Virus genome (UHGV): UHGV-0385359 | Source: a virus | Length of the DNA: 48,983 nucleotides | Reading direction: 5' to 3' (one strand) | Part shown: one piece after another, positions 48,345 through 48,983 of the stretch | How the letters are laid out: each line of letters opens with the position of its first letter | How positions within the stretch are numbered: position 1 is the first letter of the stretch | Translations under genes and position numbers: made by a program | Notes under the pieces: generated by a model | The model's input: the letters and a program-made list of their open reading frames with translations, nothing else | What the model was told of the DNA's origin: nothing | Database searches by the model: none

Positions 48345-48581
48345 TTAATGCCACGTCTTTTTACTCAGGCTGGTGATAGCTGAAATGGCATGTGCTGAAT
48401 CATCAAAAAGCCGGGTCAGTACAGGAACCCACTGCCTGTTTTTGTACTCAAGCACCAGATGTCCAGGCAGGTCTTTGCTGACGATGGCAAATGTCCTGAG
48501 TTCAGGCGTTGGAACAGGGAGATCGGTGCCAGGCGGGAAATATATTCTTACCCCGGCAATAATCATGTTGTCCATGCTCAT
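48345..48581 (-). CDS. hypothetical protein translationally coupled (TGATG) to the dinI-like gene
   Basis: 78 aa from the Met overlapping the DinI stop. Confidence 0.4.
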   Translation of the reverse strand: MSMDNMIIAGVRIYFPPGTDLPVPTPELRTFAIVSKDLPGHLVLEYKNRQWVPVLTRLFDDSAHAISAITSLSKKTWH

Positions 48582-48820
48582 CATTCGTTCACCAGCCACA
48601 TATCGGCTTCTTCAAACATCTCTTCCAGCATTCTGTTTAGCCGCTCTTTTTCGGTCTTTGTGCAGTCGCTGTTTAATGCGTTAGCCTGCATTGGCTTAAC
48701 TCTCACGTCGGCGTCGGGGAAGATCCGGTGTACGCGCTTTGTCAGCTCGTTAAGAATGATGTTTCTTGCGCCCGGTAGCCCCTCTACATTGCGTTTGTCG
48801 TAAACGAGTTCCACAAACAT
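48581..48820 (-). CDS. dinI: DinI / MsgA-family protein (DNA-damage-inducible protein I homologue)
   Basis: 79 aa. MFVELVYDKRN..GLPGA…L..EL.KR…FPDADVRVKPM…EMFEEA..WLV.E matches the MsgA/DinI family. Confidence 0.8.
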   Translation of the reverse strand: MFVELVYDKRNVEGLPGARNIILNELTKRVHRIFPDADVRVKPMQANALNSDCTKTEKERLNRMLEEMFEEADMWLVNE

Positions 48821-48833
48821 AAAATTCTCCTTT

Positions 48834-48877
48834 ACTGGTTAGATATACAGTTAAATTTAAACTGTATAAATAAACAG
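48834..48877. promoter_or_regulatory. two tandem LexA (SOS) boxes in the dinI-like promoter
   Basis: TACTGgttagatataCAGTt (48834-48853) and aaCTGtataaataaaCAGtg (48858-48877). Both fit CTG-N10-CAG. Confidence 0.65.
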
Positions 48878-48983
48878 TGTCAAGGTGTTGATGACGGTGT
48901 TAAGAGGATCTGTGAAATGGTTTTTTTTTTGACGGCGCTTTTACCCCAGTTTTACCCCGAAGCTTCCCCGCGCAAAAAACAGG

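Overview
The window is almost entirely a lambdoid prophage (at least 48.9 kb; its right end lies beyond the window). It is integrated at the 3' end of a tRNA-Pro gene. A 46-nt tRNA-Pro 3' segment with CCA, followed by the host terminator, sits at 4-93 next to a lambda-type integrase and excisionase. The gene order, left to right, is:
- att, int, xis.
- Leftward early operon (minus strand): small hypotheticals, an Ea22-like protein, and a CPS-53-like block (YfdR-like HD hydrolase, YfdQ-like, and neighbours).
- OL, with a large structured inverted-repeat element in the PL leader.
- Immunity-region cargo, all co-oriented with cI: a MqsR-like toxin, a MqsA-like antitoxin carrying a C-terminal extension, and a SecB-like chaperone (a tripartite toxin-antitoxin-chaperone, TAC, module), plus four tandem small hydrophobic peptide/membrane ORFs.
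- cI (S24 peptidase repressor), OR, cro, a CII/YdaT-like regulator, and a Rha/KilAC antirepressor.
- Replication initiator with internal iterons, a Dam-like N6-adenine methyltransferase, a large C5-cytosine methyltransferase, a DUF968 protein, and a QuuD-type antiterminator Q.
- A minus-strand 3-gene membrane-protein moron module and an IbpA-like small heat-shock protein, both inserted between Q and the lysis cassette.
- Lysis cassette: two holin-like proteins, a GH19 endolysin, a lipoprotein, and overlapping Rz/Rz1 spanins.
- A DUF4145-like zinc-ribbon protein moron, then the cos site.
- An essentially lambda-collinear packaging, head and tail module: Nu1, A, W, B, C/Nu3, D, E, FI, FII, Z, U, V, G/G-T frameshift, H, M, a lipoprotein moron, L, K, I, J.
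- A J-coupled low-GC ORF and a small lipoprotein on the opposite strand.
- A side tail-fibre gene whose C-terminal part lies in a roughly 1.66 kb invertible segment flanked by hix/gix-like crossover sites, next to a Pin/Gin/Hin-family invertase.
- A DinI/MsgA-like gene with tandem LexA boxes.
The most interesting loci are the rex-position defence island (TAC module plus small membrane peptides), the uncharacterised membrane-protein module between Q and lysis, a candidate sRNA gene with a consensus sigma70 promoter and terminator, the highly structured PL leader element, and the tail-fibre inversion switch with a Dam-site-rich promoter. All homology calls come from reading the translated sequence and recalling the families; no database search was run.
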